A stretch of DNA of 64,000 bases from Zootoca vivipara (GCF_963506605.1 NC_083288.1:31248001-31312000), one strand, 5' to 3'. Positions 1 through 13,566 are shown, counted from the first letter of the stretch. Translations and numbers: made by a program. Notes: generated by a model from the sequence alone, not told the origin.

Positions 1-326
1 AGGAATAGACAACTTCACCAGGATAACTATATACAGTATTTATTGGACAAACAGTATCAAGTTACTATGTACAAACTTCATAAAATAAATGAAATCAAAT
101 ATATCCCTCCCTCTCTGTCTCTCTCTCTCACAACCACCTGTTACAGAAACAGTCTTTCCCACACCACACCACACAGAGCTTATCGTTTAGGAACTTCTTA
201 CCCAATGAGAAGGTCGTTACTAAAGCTCTTGTCAGAGAGAGATCAGGCCTTGTCTTTCAGCCAATAGTTAATTGTCAGAAGTGGATAGCTGACTTTCGGC
301 ACGTAAGCACTTTGAAATCTCTAACA
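1..326 (-). mobile_element. LTR fragment, cut off by the window edge
   Basis: Ends in ...CTAACA (TGTTAG on minus) with AATAAA on minus near 38-43. It is absent from the paralogous segment near 12149, where the flank runs uninterrupted into AAAGTCACCC. Confidence 0.5.
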
Positions 327-773
327 AAAGTCACCCAAGAAACTTTATGGATAGAAGGGAATTTCATTATTCTTTTATTTCTAATACTCTGTTTATTGGA
401 TTACAAATAAAATAAATAAAATGAACAACAAAAGTACAATTAAAGAACACACAAAGCACCTATCACAAAGCATCACAAATGCTATAAGGGGCAGAAAAAA
501 CGATTAAATGGCCCACCAAGACCCTCAGTAATTTTCAAGTGGTGCCGGGGGGGGGGGGGCCTTGGGAACCACAGAAATAGGACAAACAAGAACAATGAAA
601 AGTAGCTGAATTTTTTGGTGACAAGAGGCTGAAAGATAGAGAGCAAAGAGACAGAAATAATCCAGGTTAGTCAGACACCCAAGTGAACATTTCTAAGGCC
701 GAATGATGTCCCTCCCCTAATTTATCATTATGGAGAATTTATTATAGAAAATAGTACTCTTAAGCTATCAGGA

Positions 774-1817
774 ACTATGGCAAGTTCTTAAAGAAATGGG
801 AGTTCCTGATCACCTCATCTGTCTCCTGAGAAATCTCTATGTGGGACAAGAAGCTACAGTTAGAACTGGATATGGAACAACTGATTGGTTCAAAATTGGG
901 AAAGAAGTACGACAAAGTTGTATATTGTCTCCCTGCTTATTTAACTTATATGCAGAATTCATCATGCGAAAGGCTGGACTAGATGAATCCCAAGCCGGAT
1001 TTAAGATTGCCGGAAGAAATATCAACAACCTCAGATATGCAGATGACACAACCTTGATGGCAGAAAGTGAGGAGGAATTAAAGAACCTTTTAATGAGGGT
1101 GAAAGAGGAGAGCACAAAATATGGTCTGAAGCTCAACATCAAAAAAACCAAGATTATGGCCACTGGTCCCATCACCTCCTGGCAAATAGAAGGGGAAGAA
1201 ATGGAGGCAGTGAGAGATTTTACTTTCTTGGGCTCCTTGATCACTGCAGATGGTGACAGCAGTCACGAAATTAAAAGACGCTTGCTTATTGGGAGAAAAG
1301 CAATGACAAACCTAGACAGCATCTTAAAAAGCAGAGACACCTTGCCTACAAAGGTCCGTATAGTTAAAGCTATGGTTTTCCCAGTAGTGATGTATGGAAG
1401 TGAGAGCTGGACCATAAAGAAGGCTGATCGCCGAAGAATTGATGCTTTTGAATTATGGTGCTGGAGGAGACTCTTGAGAGTCCCATGGACTGCAAGAAGA
1501 TCAAACCTATCAATTCTTAAGGAAATCAGCCCTGAGTGCTCACTGGAAGGACAGATCGTGAAGCTGAGGCTCCAATACTTTGGCCACCTCATGAGAAGAG
1601 AAGAATCCTTGGAAAAGACCCTGATGTTGGGAAAGATTGAGGGCACTAGGAGAAGGGGATGACAGAGGACGAGATGGTTGGACAGTGTTCTCGAAGCTAC
1701 AAACATGAGTTTGACCAAACTGCGGGAGGCAGTGCAAGACAGGAGTGCCTGGCGTGCTCTGGTCCATGGGGTCATGAAGAGTCAGACACGACTAAACGAC
1801 TAAACAACAACAACAAC
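774..1817 (+). mobile_element. BovB (RTE clade) LINE, 5'-truncated
   Basis: ORF 796-1662 encodes an RT with NNLRYADDTTL and typical BovB C-terminal sequence. It has a (CAA)n tail and TSD AAGCTATCAGGA at 762-773 and 1818-1829. The empty site is at 12768-12779. Confidence 0.95.
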
Positions 1818-3159
1818 AAGCTATCAGGAGGAGTGTTACCTGCTTTGCAGCTGTGTTTCTGCTGTCCACAGTTCTTGCTAGGCTGCTGTATTTCCCTTGC
1901 CGGGGTCCAAATAGGGGACTCTTAACACCCTTTAGCTTTAGCATGGGAAGCAGTACTCTCCCAAATTCCTGTTGCTGATGTGGGGAGTGTCAGAGAGCAG
2001 TTGGCTGCTAACTAACTTTGCCACCAACCCAACCCAAGATCAGCATCAACTGTAGCAGTGGTAGGATTCCAGTGGGATTAATATGTTCACTCCGCTGGGT
2101 AAACAGCAGAGAAAGAAGTACATTTTAAATCAAGAGCATCAGAAGAGCCCCACTGGATCAGTCCTAAGTCCCTTCCAGCCCAGTCCAGCAGGATTTGAAG
2201 GCAATAATGGTTTCTTCCTCCAGCAACTGGATCTTTTTTCTTTCTTTTTAAGAGAAATTTTTATTAATTTTGTACCAACAATCATAAGAACAAGAAAATA
2301 CAATATAATATAAAAAACAAATGCATTACATAAAACAAAAACAAAACAAATCATCATTTCTCTTTTTAATCTATTTCATAATCCATTATTATGTGGACTT
2401 CCCCAAGTCCCCCCTATCTGAATTTCATTTCAACTCATCTTAAGCAGTTTCATATATCATAATCTTAATCATTTTCTACAATTCAACCATTATTCTAAAA
2501 TTTCTCACATTTTAACCATTATACATATTTCACCTTAACTTTTATAGTAACATATTAAAAAATCATTACCATTCAAATTGTGCTGCCAAACAATTTCATT
2601 CTCAAACCATTTCATTGCTTTCTCTAACAATCCCTCACTAGCAATTTGCCATTCTTGACTGCCACGAAACCCTGAATTGCTGTTTCAGTCCACCATGTCC
2701 TCTATCTTGGTTAGCCACTACTAGTTCAGACCCCATTGCTGAATACGTAAAGTTGAATGTTCTGCCCCAAACGTGCGTTATTTTATATTTATTTTGCCAT
2801 TTCATTGCACATTTGTTCAGTTTGCAGGGACTGTTTTGGATAGGGCTGTGTACCAGATTTGACTGCAGCCCAAACTGAATCAGGCCAATTTGGGGGGTTC
2901 TGGACTTTAGCCACGTTAGGTTGAGACAAACATCACCCCTGTTGGCCATGCTTCCTGAAGCTGATGGAAAATAGAGTTCAGCAGCATCAGAGGGCCACAA
3001 ATTATGTATCCCTGTTTTCCGGGATCATCAATATCCATAAGCTTGCCAACAATCACACACACACACTTCACTAAGAGCAGGGCCTACTCTGAACCACATC
3101 ATGCAGGTACAGAGCTCAGCATACCCTAGAGGGCAGCCCCTTCTGCTTCCTCTCTACAG

Positions 3160-3421
3160 GTGAGAGGAGACTACCGGTAGCAGTACCTCCTATTCACTAA
3201 GAAACCACTGTGGAGTCGGCATGGGGGAGGGATGTGGAGAAGGAGACAGATCCACCCTCCATAGAGCACAGCACAGCAGTTGCTGCCATGGTGGCTTCTG
3301 TGGCAGCAGCAGGCAATCCTTTCCCTGGAGGCCAAATCTGCTGCCCCTGAAGATCCTGCTGCTTGAGGCAGTCACCTTACTTTGCCTCGTGGGTGTGTGT
3401 GGGCCGGCCCTGTGCAACTGA
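3160..3421 (+). pseudogene. Ly6/uPAR (three-finger) family last-exon relic with a GPI-signal-like tail, copy A
   Basis: Polypyrimidine-CAG acceptor at 3159, then HCGVGMGEGC...SSCCHGGFCG (LU consensus CCxxxxCN) and a hydrophobic C-terminus. The frame is broken just after the acceptor. Confidence 0.5.
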
Positions 3422-3469
3422 CAGTGTGTGATTGTTCCTAGCTTTCTCTTTTGCGTGTGTAGACCCTTA

Positions 3470-3670
3470 AACCACCAAATTTTTGGTTTGGTTTTTGGCA
3501 GAATTTAGGCCACAACTTTATTGATTACAATCAAGTGATTGGTTGCAAAGGCTCTGGGTCAACTAGCTCCCTGCACCCTTGCAGGAAGCGCTGACCCAGG
3601 GCACACCATAGGTCAGCCTTGGGTGAACACCCGGCGCAGTGGAGAGCGGGGTCAAACCAGTCCACCAGCC
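3470..3670 (-). mobile_element. Interspersed repeat terminus (possible DIRS/Ngaro 3' end), similar to 43170-43371
   Basis: Shares TTTGGTTTTTGGCAGAATTTAGGCCACAACTTTATTGATTACA and ~150 nt downstream with 43186-43370; AATAAA on minus. Confidence 0.45.
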
Positions 3671-3965
3671 AGATGCCCCCTGGACTCAGGCTCAGGGCAC
3701 AACCCCTCTCAGAGTTGACAAACCAAAGAGCCCCTGAATTCCTTTAACGGAATACCCATGGCATAGGGATGGCTAGAGCGTTCTGCCACCCTTATCATCC
3801 AAAACGTTTGGAAACCAAAGCGTGGCTTCTGACTGGCTACAGGAAGCTCCTGCAGCCAATTGGAAGCCGTGGAAGCCCTGTTGGATGTTCAGCTTCCAAA
3901 AAGAATGTTCGAAAACTGGAACACTCACTTCCGCGTTTCCATCGTCCGGGAGCCAATTTGTTCAG

Positions 3966-4284
3966 CAGCCTAGGGCTTGCTGATCAGAAGGTCGGCGGTT
4001 CGAATCCCTGTGACGGGATGAGCTCCCGTTGCTTGGTCCCAGCTCCTGCCAACCTAGCAGTTCGAAAGCATGTCAAAATGCAAGTAGATAAATGGGAACC
4101 GCTACAGCGGGAAGGTAAACGGCGTTTCCATGTGCTGCTCCGGTTTGCCAGAAGCGGCTTTGTCATGCTGGCCACATGACCTGGAAGCTATACGCCGGCT
4201 CCCTCGGCCAATAATGCGAGATGAGCGCGCAACCCCAGAGTCGGTCACGACTGGACCTAATGGTCAGGGGCCCCTTTACCTTTA
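3966..4284 (+). mobile_element. Sauria SINE, 5'-truncated
   Basis: GATCAGAAGGTCGGCGGTTCGAATCC B-box, characteristic body and (ACCTTT) tail. Confidence 0.85.
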
Positions 4285-4546
4285 AGGTGTTCAGCTTCCA
4301 ATATATATCTTATTTATACCTATTGGGGCAAGACTGGGAAACCTGTTGCCCTGCAGATGCTGCTGTACTGGAAAAGTAAAAGAAGAAGGCTATAACTGAG
4401 AAGCTGAGATGAGTGGAAAATGTAAAAATGAACTTAAGAGTTTCTGCACACATCCTGGGTGTGAAAACTCCAGAGATAATGAAGGGGTCATGACCGAAAA
4501 GATTATATAACAAGTATCTGCCAGTTTTACACAGACTGAAAGATAT

Positions 4547-5512
4547 TCAGCTGATCTCCATGCCTACTTTAAACTGCCATCTGCTGTTAAAGATCCTATG
4601 GAGGGCAGCCTTCACCTCCCTGTTCCTCAGAGTGTAGATGAGAGGGTTGCAAAGGGGAATGATGACCGTGTAGAAAAGAGAGAGGAACTTGTCGATCTTC
4701 ACAGAGTCAGGGGTCTTGGGGAGGAAGTACACAAGTGTTGCAGAGCCATAGAAGAGACAGACAACTGTTACGTGAGATGAACAGGTGGAAAAAGCCTTCT
4801 GGCGTCCTGTGGCTGATGGCATGCGCAGTATAGCCCTGGTGATGTACACATAGGAAGCCAGGATGACTACAAATGGTCCCACAACAAAGACCACATCCTC
4901 AATATAGCTTGTCAACTCATTGGCGTAGAGATCCGCACATGCCAGACTGAGTACTGGTGGGATGTCACAGAAGAAGTGGTCCATCTCACTGGGACCACAG
5001 AAAGGTAGGGAGAAGATGAGTCCGATTTGCACCAGTTGCATTGGGAGACTGAGGGCAAATGAGCCAATCACCAGCCCCACCCGGACTTTATGGCTCATGA
5101 TTGTCATGTAGCGGAGAGGCAGGCAAATGGCAAGATAGCGGTCATAGGCCATGGCCGCCAGTAGGAAGCACTCAGTCCCACCCAGAAAAAGCAGGAAAAA
5201 CATCTGTGAGGCACAGGCTGGAATAGAAATGGAGCGCTGCCCAGTGGCCAGGCTGGCCATCATCTTGGGAAGAGTGACAGAAGTGTAACACAACTCTAGC
5301 CCCGATAAGCTTCTCAGAAAAAAGTACATTGGAGTTTGAAGGGAAGGGTCCCATGTTGTCACTGCCATGATCAGACCGTTGCCTAGTAGGATAGTCAGAT
5401 AGACAGTCAGGAAGGTGAAGAAGAGGAGAGCCGGGTACTTATGGTATCCCAGCAAGACAAACTCAGTCACAGCGCTCTGGTTCCCCCAGTGTCTGGCCAG
5501 GTCCGCATCCAT
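4547..5512 (-). CDS. Olfactory receptor (class II, family 10-like), intact, 321 aa
   Basis: Motifs LQTPMYFFL, MAYDRYLAIC, HFFCDIPP, KAFSTCSSH, NPLIYTLRN; N-glycosylation site NQS; single exon. Confidence 0.95.
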   Translation of the reverse strand: MDADLARHWGNQSAVTEFVLLGYHKYPALLFFTFLTVYLTILLGNGLIMAVTTWDPSLQTPMYFFLRSLSGLELCYTSVTLPKMMASLATGQRSISIPACASQMFFLLFLGGTECFLLAAMAYDRYLAICLPLRYMTIMSHKVRVGLVIGSFALSLPMQLVQIGLIFSLPFCGPSEMDHFFCDIPPVLSLACADLYANELTSYIEDVVFVVGPFVVILASYVYITRAILRMPSATGRQKAFSTCSSHVTVVCLFYGSATLVYFLPKTPDSVKIDKFLSLFYTVIIPLCNPLIYTLRNREVKAALHRIFNSRWQFKVGMEIS

Positions 5513-6536
5513 CTACAGAAGAACAGAGGCAAGATATGTATGCTGGGAGGCTGCCGTATTCTGAAATGAGATGAGGATCTCACTCTCTCCAGGCTGTCTT
5601 TCATGCAAACACAGACAAATACATATGCTTGCCTAGAGTATGCTACTAGCTGAATCTGACATGCCCTGGTCTCCTTATCCTTCTCTTTACCCTGATGTGT
5701 CAAAAGTCAATATAAAAAGGCTTTAGGATTGCCTGAGACTTACCACTTGGATGCAAACTCTATCCTAAAATATACCAAAAACAACTTACAGTATAGCTGC
5801 TGCCACTTACTGAATTAATAGAGCAGTAGGATCTTAATATTTTTGATGTGGCAGGAGGATCATGGCCAAGTACTGAGACCTCACTCTGCCCAATCTGCCT
5901 TTCATTTTTGAGGTGGTAAGAATATGGGAGGTTCAACCTTCCATAAACTCCAGTGTCCACAATTTAATGGCCGGACGAAACTTCTGGCTTCAGGACGTTT
6001 TCTAGTAGTAAGTGCTTGTCTTTTAGAAAAAAGAAGAAAGGCACATCTACTCACACCTGCACACTTCTTTGCTGACAGCTCAATTTAAATGAAAGAATTA
6101 TGCCAGGGATGGGATGGAAAGAAACCACTCTCACATGGTTAATTACTTCAGCTGATCTCAGTTTCCCCCATTCCAATGCACTTGGTTTTCTCCCATAAGA
6201 ATGAAAGATTCACAGGACAGTTGCATTTGTCACTGGCAAAGATGACCTCTAGATTCAGTGACCTAGCTCTAGCTCTAGGTGTTCTTAAATTGGGATGATT
6301 GATGATGGATTGTGGGAAGAATCCTAAGATGGGGTCACTATATTTCTAACAAGAAAGGGGGTGAGTGATGCTCATACCGAATGTTTCAGCTGGCAATGCA
6401 ACACAACCAGCCCTTTAAAAAACTACCCTGTTTTTTCTTTATTGAAATCAGGAAAGGGGACCCTGTGGCTAGAGATGGGTAAAACTGCCAAATTTTGTTT
6501 CTCACGGTTTCATTTTCCCAATCTTAAATTCACTTC

Positions 6537-6537
<1 letters not shown>

Positions 6538-6577
<40 letters not shown>
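6538..6577. repeat. (TATC)n microsatellite
   Basis: Direct reading. Confidence 0.9.
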
Positions 6578-8957
6578 ACCTATCAATCTCATGAAAATTC
6601 ATCAGCATTTTAAGGGGAATTTTCACCAAACATGCACATTTTGTATTCAATTTCCCCTGATATACACTTCTTCAAAGCTATTAGGTGTAATGGAATACAA
6701 TTTTGTATGCTTGTTTCACTAATATATGATTATTATGTACACTTTACCCCAGTATATAGATTTTTGTACGTATTACTTTGGTAGAGGACTGCCTTGCAAA
6801 ATTTGGAAAAGTGTGAATATTGAAGGATAACTGTTTTGGCTCATGTATTTTTTGGGAAAGTGAGAAGCATGTACGTTTGCCCATGAATACAAAATGAATT
6901 GAATTCTGTCTCCCACCCCCACCACCCCCATTCCTTCAGATTTTGTTGGGCTCTAGCTCACATCAGCCCCAGCCAGCATGACCAATGGTCAGAAATGTTG
7001 GGAACTAGTGTCCAGCAATGTATGGAGAGCCACACGTTCTCCATCCCTAGGTTAGATTCCAGAAGACAGGACTTCTCTGATAACATACAGAGTTGGTTCA
7101 TGCAATGAAAATGATTGGCAATAGGTTCGTAAAGATAAGAGGCAGCTCATCTTCACTTAAAATGAACTTACCTTGCTGGCAAAGTTTTAACTGATGAAAT
7201 TGAGTGACAGGCTGAAGTTGCCAGAATGCCTTGAATCCCACCCACAAAACAGTGAAAGAGTCCTAAATTCCCAAACTCCCTAGAAGCAATCACCTCACCT
7301 TACCTCCTCACAATGCAAGGATGATTTGGATCCTGAAGAGCTGAATACATTCAAAAGTGATCTTATGTCAACGAGCAACATAAATTGTTTCAGGTAATCA
7401 TTCCTTGGTGCTCTGGCTGCTTCACCTTTCTTGCAAAGCTCTCCTCCGCATTTCAACATGTAACTCAACTAAACTTCAGCTCCACCATCTACTATCTTGG
7501 CTACATTTTCTATTTCCACATCCATTATACTTACCAACCTGATTTGCGTTCTCTTCCCTAGAGGTGTGTTCCCTAACTAACACTACTGAATTGGCATTAG
7601 GGAAGGAAGAACATTTACCTGCTGTGCAGCTGAGGTGCCGCTGTGCTAAGCACTGGGTTAGTTTCTCCTGCAAGAACCAGGGTAGGAAACCTCTACCTGT
7701 GTCCTTGCCTAGCAACCACACTTTCCCAAGGTATATGTAGAGTTGCCATTCATGTGCAGGATGGAAGAGGAAGGTGGCTGTGGGGAGTCCCATAGGAGCA
7801 AATGTGCTAATCACGCTAAATATTGGAAATACAGCTTGTGTTGAGAACATGTAGGGATGTAAAAATCCTAGGTGTTTGGTCCCATGGTCCACAGGCAGAA
7901 TCACTATTCTGCACCAACTTAGCATGAATCATAGTGTGATCATAGGGCTGGCTCTGTTGTTATGGAGACTGGATGTCCCACCCAGGCCTCAAATGTGATG
8001 TTAAGATATTAGAAATGTGAATATCCCCAGAGGATTCCTGGCAGAATTGTTATAAGGCAGCGTGGCGTGTGCCCTGTACTGGTCCCAGTGGTATGGACCA
8101 GGGAGAAATTCATTTGAATGTGCCCATTTCACACTTCCTGAACCAATACATGAACTGCAACACTGCTATCCTTCAACGTTGGCACTTCTCTGAATTTTGC
8201 AATGCAGTTCTCCAACAACAACAAAATATCAAAAAGTGCATTTTAGGGGAGTGTGTGCATATAGAGTGCATATAATACAGTGCATATAATTGTCAGCATT
8301 TCACTCCTCCGTTGCTGGATATGTGATTGTTACATCACATGTCTGTGTTTACTTTCCAGGCTTGGAAAGTGTGAGAACGGAAGTCAGTCTTATCTCTTCC
8401 GCTCTATTGTACTTTTGTCTTTTCTCTCTCTCTCTCTTGGAGAAGAAAGGAGAGAGTCGCCATGATTGCTTTGTCCTGTATATATTGCTTAATAAATACT
8501 TAGAATGCACACACCAAAGCTCCACTTCGTTTCTGCTATACTCTGCTGAGTGAGCATGCACATAGTCTTCTGATATGTTTCACTGGTGCATGCCGGGATT
8601 GAAGATTTATGGACATCCCAGGCTGTGCTGCATTAGGAAGACATCCGGAGAGGTTTGTCTCATCCCGGGGGCTGTGTTACCCCCAGGCGTGTTCTGATGC
8701 ACAAAAATGCACATTAGAGGAAATTGCTTGAAATATGTGTGAATTGGACAAAACCTCTTACAAAAATCTATATATTAGAAATAAGATGAAAAATGTGTAT
8801 GGATTTTCAATGGAATTTCTAAACAAAGACATTGCCAACTGATTTTGAAATTGAACTTGATTGGAAAAAGAAGAAACTGAGAGAAACTGAAATTGACAAA
8901 TATATACATCCACAGTGTGTGTGAGCATTCTCAGCAAGCCCTTATTCTTTGCCTTTG

Positions 8958-9006
<49 letters not shown>
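8958..9006. repeat. (AAT)n microsatellite, followed by a retroelement-tail-like fragment
   Basis: Direct reading. Confidence 0.85.
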
Positions 9007-9683
9007 TTATTATTTATACCCCGCCCATCTGGCCGGGTTCCCCCAGCCACTCTGGGCGGCTTCCAAAAAAACAGAAATTCTAAAATACAGAAATCCATCA
9101 GACATTAAAAGCTTCCCTAAACAGGAAACCCCACAACAGTTTTCTAAACATGTAGTAGGCCAGATAGTTGGGTTCACACACTTATATTGGGAAGGGAGTT
9201 TCCCAGTGCCCTCTACCTTTCCCAAAGCCCCGTCCCCAAATGTGCTATAGCCATATCAGCATGATGTAGGGAGGAACCTCTGAACATCCTAGTGCAAATC
9301 CAAAATTAGTTTAATCAAAAAATCATTTATTCAGGGGAGCAGAGCAGAAGACAAAAAGAGCCAGGCATGTAAGTAAATAAGAGTTCCCTGAAACTTTAGT
9401 TATACATTCTGGTTTTCTTCCTATAAAGAACAACACCCTTTTGGGACAATTAGTTTGTGGCAAGGTTCAAGACAGGTGGTTGTAATAATGGTTAGTCCTT
9501 CTCAGAGGAGACACAATGAAATTAATGGAAATGACTTACTTGGGTCTACTGATCTCAATGAGTCTACTCGTAGTAGGACTTAGTTGGATACACCCAGGGA
9601 GACTTACAGCATCCCCTAAAAGGCAATCTGAGTTTTGGGAGATAGGGATTATTTTAAAGGTTTAAGAAATGGATGAAAGTTGC

Positions 9684-10643
9684 TTACCCTGTGCCCACCT
9701 CAAAAGCACTTTTCCTGCACAACAGTTTAGTGAGGGCAACCTTCACCTCCCTGTTCCTGAGAGTGTAGATGAGGGGATTGCAAAGGGGGATGATGACCGT
9801 GTAGAATAGAGAGAGGAACTTGTCAACTTTCAGGGACTCCCCTGTCTGCGGGTGCAAGTACACAAGCATCCCTGAGCCATAGAAGAGGCTGACCACAATC
9901 AGGTGGGACGAGCAAGTAGAGAAGGCCTTCTGGCGTCCTGTGCCTGATGGCATGCGCAGGATGGTTCTGGTGATGCGGGCATAGGAGGCCACTATGAGGA
10001 AAAAGGGGAGCACCACCACGAGGATGTTCTCTGCATACACAGCCAACTCGTTGGCATACAGGTCGGCACATGCCAGGCGAAGTATGGGTGGTATGTCGCA
10101 GAAGAAGTGGTCGATCTCATTGGGCCCACAAAACGGCAAGGAGAAGACAAACCCAATTTGCAACAAGTGCACCACGAGGCTGATGGCAAAGGAACTGACC
10201 ACCATCCCCACCCGCACCTTATGGCTCATGATGGTCATGTAGTGGAGAGGCAGGCAGATGGCAAGATAGCGGTCGTAGGCCATGGCCACTAGCAGGAGGC
10301 ATTCTGTGACACCCAGGAAGAGCATAAAGAACATTTGTGCAGCGCAGGCTACCAGTGAGATAGAGAGGTCCCCTAAGATAAGATTGGCCATCATTTTTGG
10401 AAGGGTGACTGAAGTGTAGCAGATCTCTAACCCTGAGAGGCTGCGCAAGAAGAAATACATGGGGGTATGAAGAGCAGGGTCCCGCGTTGTCACCACCACA
10501 ATAAGTCCATTGCCCAGTAATATGGCCAGGTAGATGGTCAGGAAGGCAGAAAAAAGGAGGACAGGGTGTCCTTGGTATCCCAGCAAGATGAATTCCTTCA
10601 CTGTGCTTTGGTTCTTCCAGCGTCTGGCCTGCTCAGCATCCAT
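9684..10643 (-). CDS. Olfactory receptor (class II, family 10-like), intact, 319 aa
   Basis: Same OR motifs. Start placed at MDAEQ (10643) by alignment with the paralogs and by the splice acceptor just before it. Confidence 0.95.
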   Translation of the reverse strand: MDAEQARRWKNQSTVKEFILLGYQGHPVLLFSAFLTIYLAILLGNGLIVVVTTRDPALHTPMYFFLRSLSGLEICYTSVTLPKMMANLILGDLSISLVACAAQMFFMLFLGVTECLLLVAMAYDRYLAICLPLHYMTIMSHKVRVGMVVSSFAISLVVHLLQIGFVFSLPFCGPNEIDHFFCDIPPILRLACADLYANELAVYAENILVVVLPFFLIVASYARITRTILRMPSGTGRQKAFSTCSSHLIVVSLFYGSGMLVYLHPQTGESLKVDKFLSLFYTVIIPLCNPLIYTLRNREVKVALTKLLCRKSAFEVGTG

Positions 10644-10992
10644 CTGCAGAGGCAAGTGAGGCATTTGTGAGTCTCAGGTCCAGTTTCTGGATGTGGATCA
10701 GGGCGACAGTGCTGGGTTGACAAAGGGTAAAAGTGCCCGTATCCTCCCCCTAGACACTGGATAGAGATCCTCTGTCCTTTGCAATGACAATTTGTTGAGG
10801 AGGGGAGAAATAATCCAACAACCAAGGGCAAAACAACCCATTTACCCAAGAGTAAATGGTAAAGTCGACCAGAGGCAGACTTTGGTAATCTTTCATAACA
10901 TGGTGCCCTTTGCAAGGCCAAAATCTGGTGCCCAAAAAATGGATCTTCTCAATTATGGATCTTCTCAATTTTGCACCCTCTTAGTTCTGTGC

Positions 10993-11026
<34 letters not shown>

Positions 11027-13193
11027 GGGAACGACTGCCCAAATCACCCTAAAACCGACACTGTAGGTGTGATTGAACCCAATGGAGCTTACTCCTGAGT
11101 AGACATGTACGATTGCACTGTGAGTGTGTGGCAGGGGAATAGAAGAAATGCAAAAAAGTGGGAGAGAAGAACAAAAACAGGGAGGAAGAGTGAAACAGAA
11201 AAAGAAGATGGATATATGTGATTGAAGAAGGATTAAAAGTAGCTCATGCAATTGTTGTGGATTAGGGTTCAAGGTGATCCAGAGCAGGGTGGTCAGGTGC
11301 AAAAGAGGACAGGGCTTCTGCAACTGCATATTTGACACTTATTTATTAATTATTTCAAATTCTAACTCACCCTTCCTCCCCAAAGAGAGCCCAGGGTAAC
11401 TCACAACAATAAAAATGTTGTGTAACAGAATTCAAAGCAGCATTGTAATCTACGGTCAGCTACACAAAATATTTGGTCACAAGCCTGGATAATTTTTTAA
11501 TTTTTTTTTACGTTTCCTGAATGCAGGTTAAAAGGGGGAAATGTCTGATTTCCTTGCGCTCTTTTAAACGTCTTCTGAAAACTGTATTGTAGTGTATTCT
11601 TAGAAGACGGACTGGTTTGTTTGTTTTTAATCATGTTTAGCTGCGTGGACTCCGTAGCCTAAAATTCCCTGCTTTCTCTCTCCATTAATAGCAAATATTT
11701 TTGTATCTCACCTTTCATTCAAAATTCATGCACATGAAATATGCATTGGTGCAATTGTGTGAATTTTAGGCTCCTGACTCAATGGCCCAGGGTTGCTGTG
11801 AGAATAAAATAAAATAAAAATAAAATGAGAACGTCTGCAGAGGGAACTATGTTCCTTAAAGCTTGCCTCCTCCAATAAATCTTGAGTTCTATGATCAGTG
11901 GAGGAGGCCCTTTGATTACTTCAAAATTTATCCCACCTTGCTTTGCTGGGGTGGGGGTGGGGGCTCCTCATTCTGTTGGGTGCCTTGGCAGAAAGGCAAT
12001 ACATAAATACAGCAAGTAAGTAAATTAATAAAATAAAATAAACGTTGCCACCAAGTCTTGCCCTGAAGGCACTACGGAGGATGTTTGCATTTTAGTCCAA
12101 CAACAAACCTATGAGGTATACCCTAGTTTGAGAGATAAGGACTGGTCCAAAGTCACCCAAGAAACTTTATGGATAGAAGGGAATTTCAACCCATGTCCTT
12201 TTGCTACCAACTTAACCTTGTAGTCCTTGTATTACACAGGCTTCATGAATCTGCTTTTCTCTCCTGCATGAACAAGGAAGTAAAACTGTGGTACGGGGAC
12301 TTCCATTGCTCTGCAAGTTTCTGTCAGGCAGTCTGTGGTGCGCCCACATTAAAAATTCATATTTATTTTTCATTGTGTTTTAACACAATGTGTTTATTGT
12401 GTTTAACACAATACTGTGTTTACTGGATTACAAATAAATTAAATAAAATGAACAACAAAAGTGATTAAAGATCACACAAAGCATCTAGCACAAAGCATCA
12501 CAAATGCTATAAGGGGCAGAAAAAACACACAATTAAATGGCCCACCAAGACCATTCAAGTGGTGCCGGGGGGGGGGGAAGAGTTTGGGAACCACAGAAAT
12601 ATGATGAACAAGAACATTGAAAAGTACCTGAATATTTGGTAACAAGAGGCTGAAAGATAGAGAGCAAACAGACAATCAGACACCCAAGCGAACATTTCTA
12701 CAGCTGAATGATGTCCCTCCCCTAATTTATCATTATGGAGAATTTATTATAGAATTATGGTACTCTTAAGCTATCAGGAGGAGAGTTACCTTCTTTGCAG
12801 GTGCGTTTCTGCTGTCCGCAGCTCTTGCCAAGCTGCAGTATTTCCCTTGCTGGGGTCCGAGTAGGGGACTCTTAACACCCTTTAGCTTTAGCATGGGAAG
12901 CAGTGCTCTCCCAAATTCCTGTTGCTGATGTGGGGAGTGTCAGAGAGCAGTTGGCTGCTAACTAACTTTGCCACCAACCCAACCCAAGATCAGCATCAAC
13001 TGTAGCAGTGGTAGGATTCCAGTGGGATTAATATGTTCACTCCGCTGGGTAAACAGCAGGGAAAGAAGTACATTTTAAATCAAGAGCATCAGAAGAGCCC
13101 CACTGGATCAGTCCTAAGTCCCTTCCAGCCCAGTCCAGCAGGATTTGAAAGCAATAATGGTTTCTTCCTCCAGCAACTGGTTCACAGTGACTA

Positions 13194-13566
13194 GGTAAAG
13201 GTAAGGTAAAGGACACCTGGACGGTTATGTCCAGTCAAAGGCGACTATGGGGTTGCGGCACTCATCTCGCTTTTCAGACCAAAGGAGCTGGTGTTTGTCC
13301 ACAGACAGCTTTCCAGGTCATGTGGCCAGCAGGACTAAACCGCTTCTGCTGCAACGGAACACCGAGACGGAAACCAGAGGGCATGGAAATGCCATTTACC
13401 TTCCCGCCACTGTGGTACCTATTTATCTACTTGCACTGGCATGCTTTCGATCTGCTAGGTTGGCAGGAGCTGGGACAGAGCCACTGGGGCTCACCCTGTT
13501 GTGGGGAGTCAAACCACCAACCTTCTGATCGGCAAGCCCAAGAGGCTCAGTGCTTAGACCACAGCG
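13194..13566 (-). mobile_element. Sauria SINE
   Basis: (AAAGGT) tail at the left end; reverse complement of the Sauria SINE body. Confidence 0.85.

Larger units (their letters stand above)
327..3457. repeat. Local segmental duplication, copy A (paralog of ~12149-15250)
   Basis: Long near-identical blocks: 327-773 with 1818-2230 match 12149-13180; 2580-3030 matches 13738-14190; 3067-3457 matches 14863-15250. Confidence 0.9.

Noticed and set aside
837-1775. Antisense ORFs repeated at 39498-40349
   Set aside because: Shadow frames of the two BovB copies.
2638-3000. 120 aa ORF also present at 13792-14160
   Set aside because: Shared only because of the young duplication; no motifs or splice support, and it overlaps repeat-like sequence.
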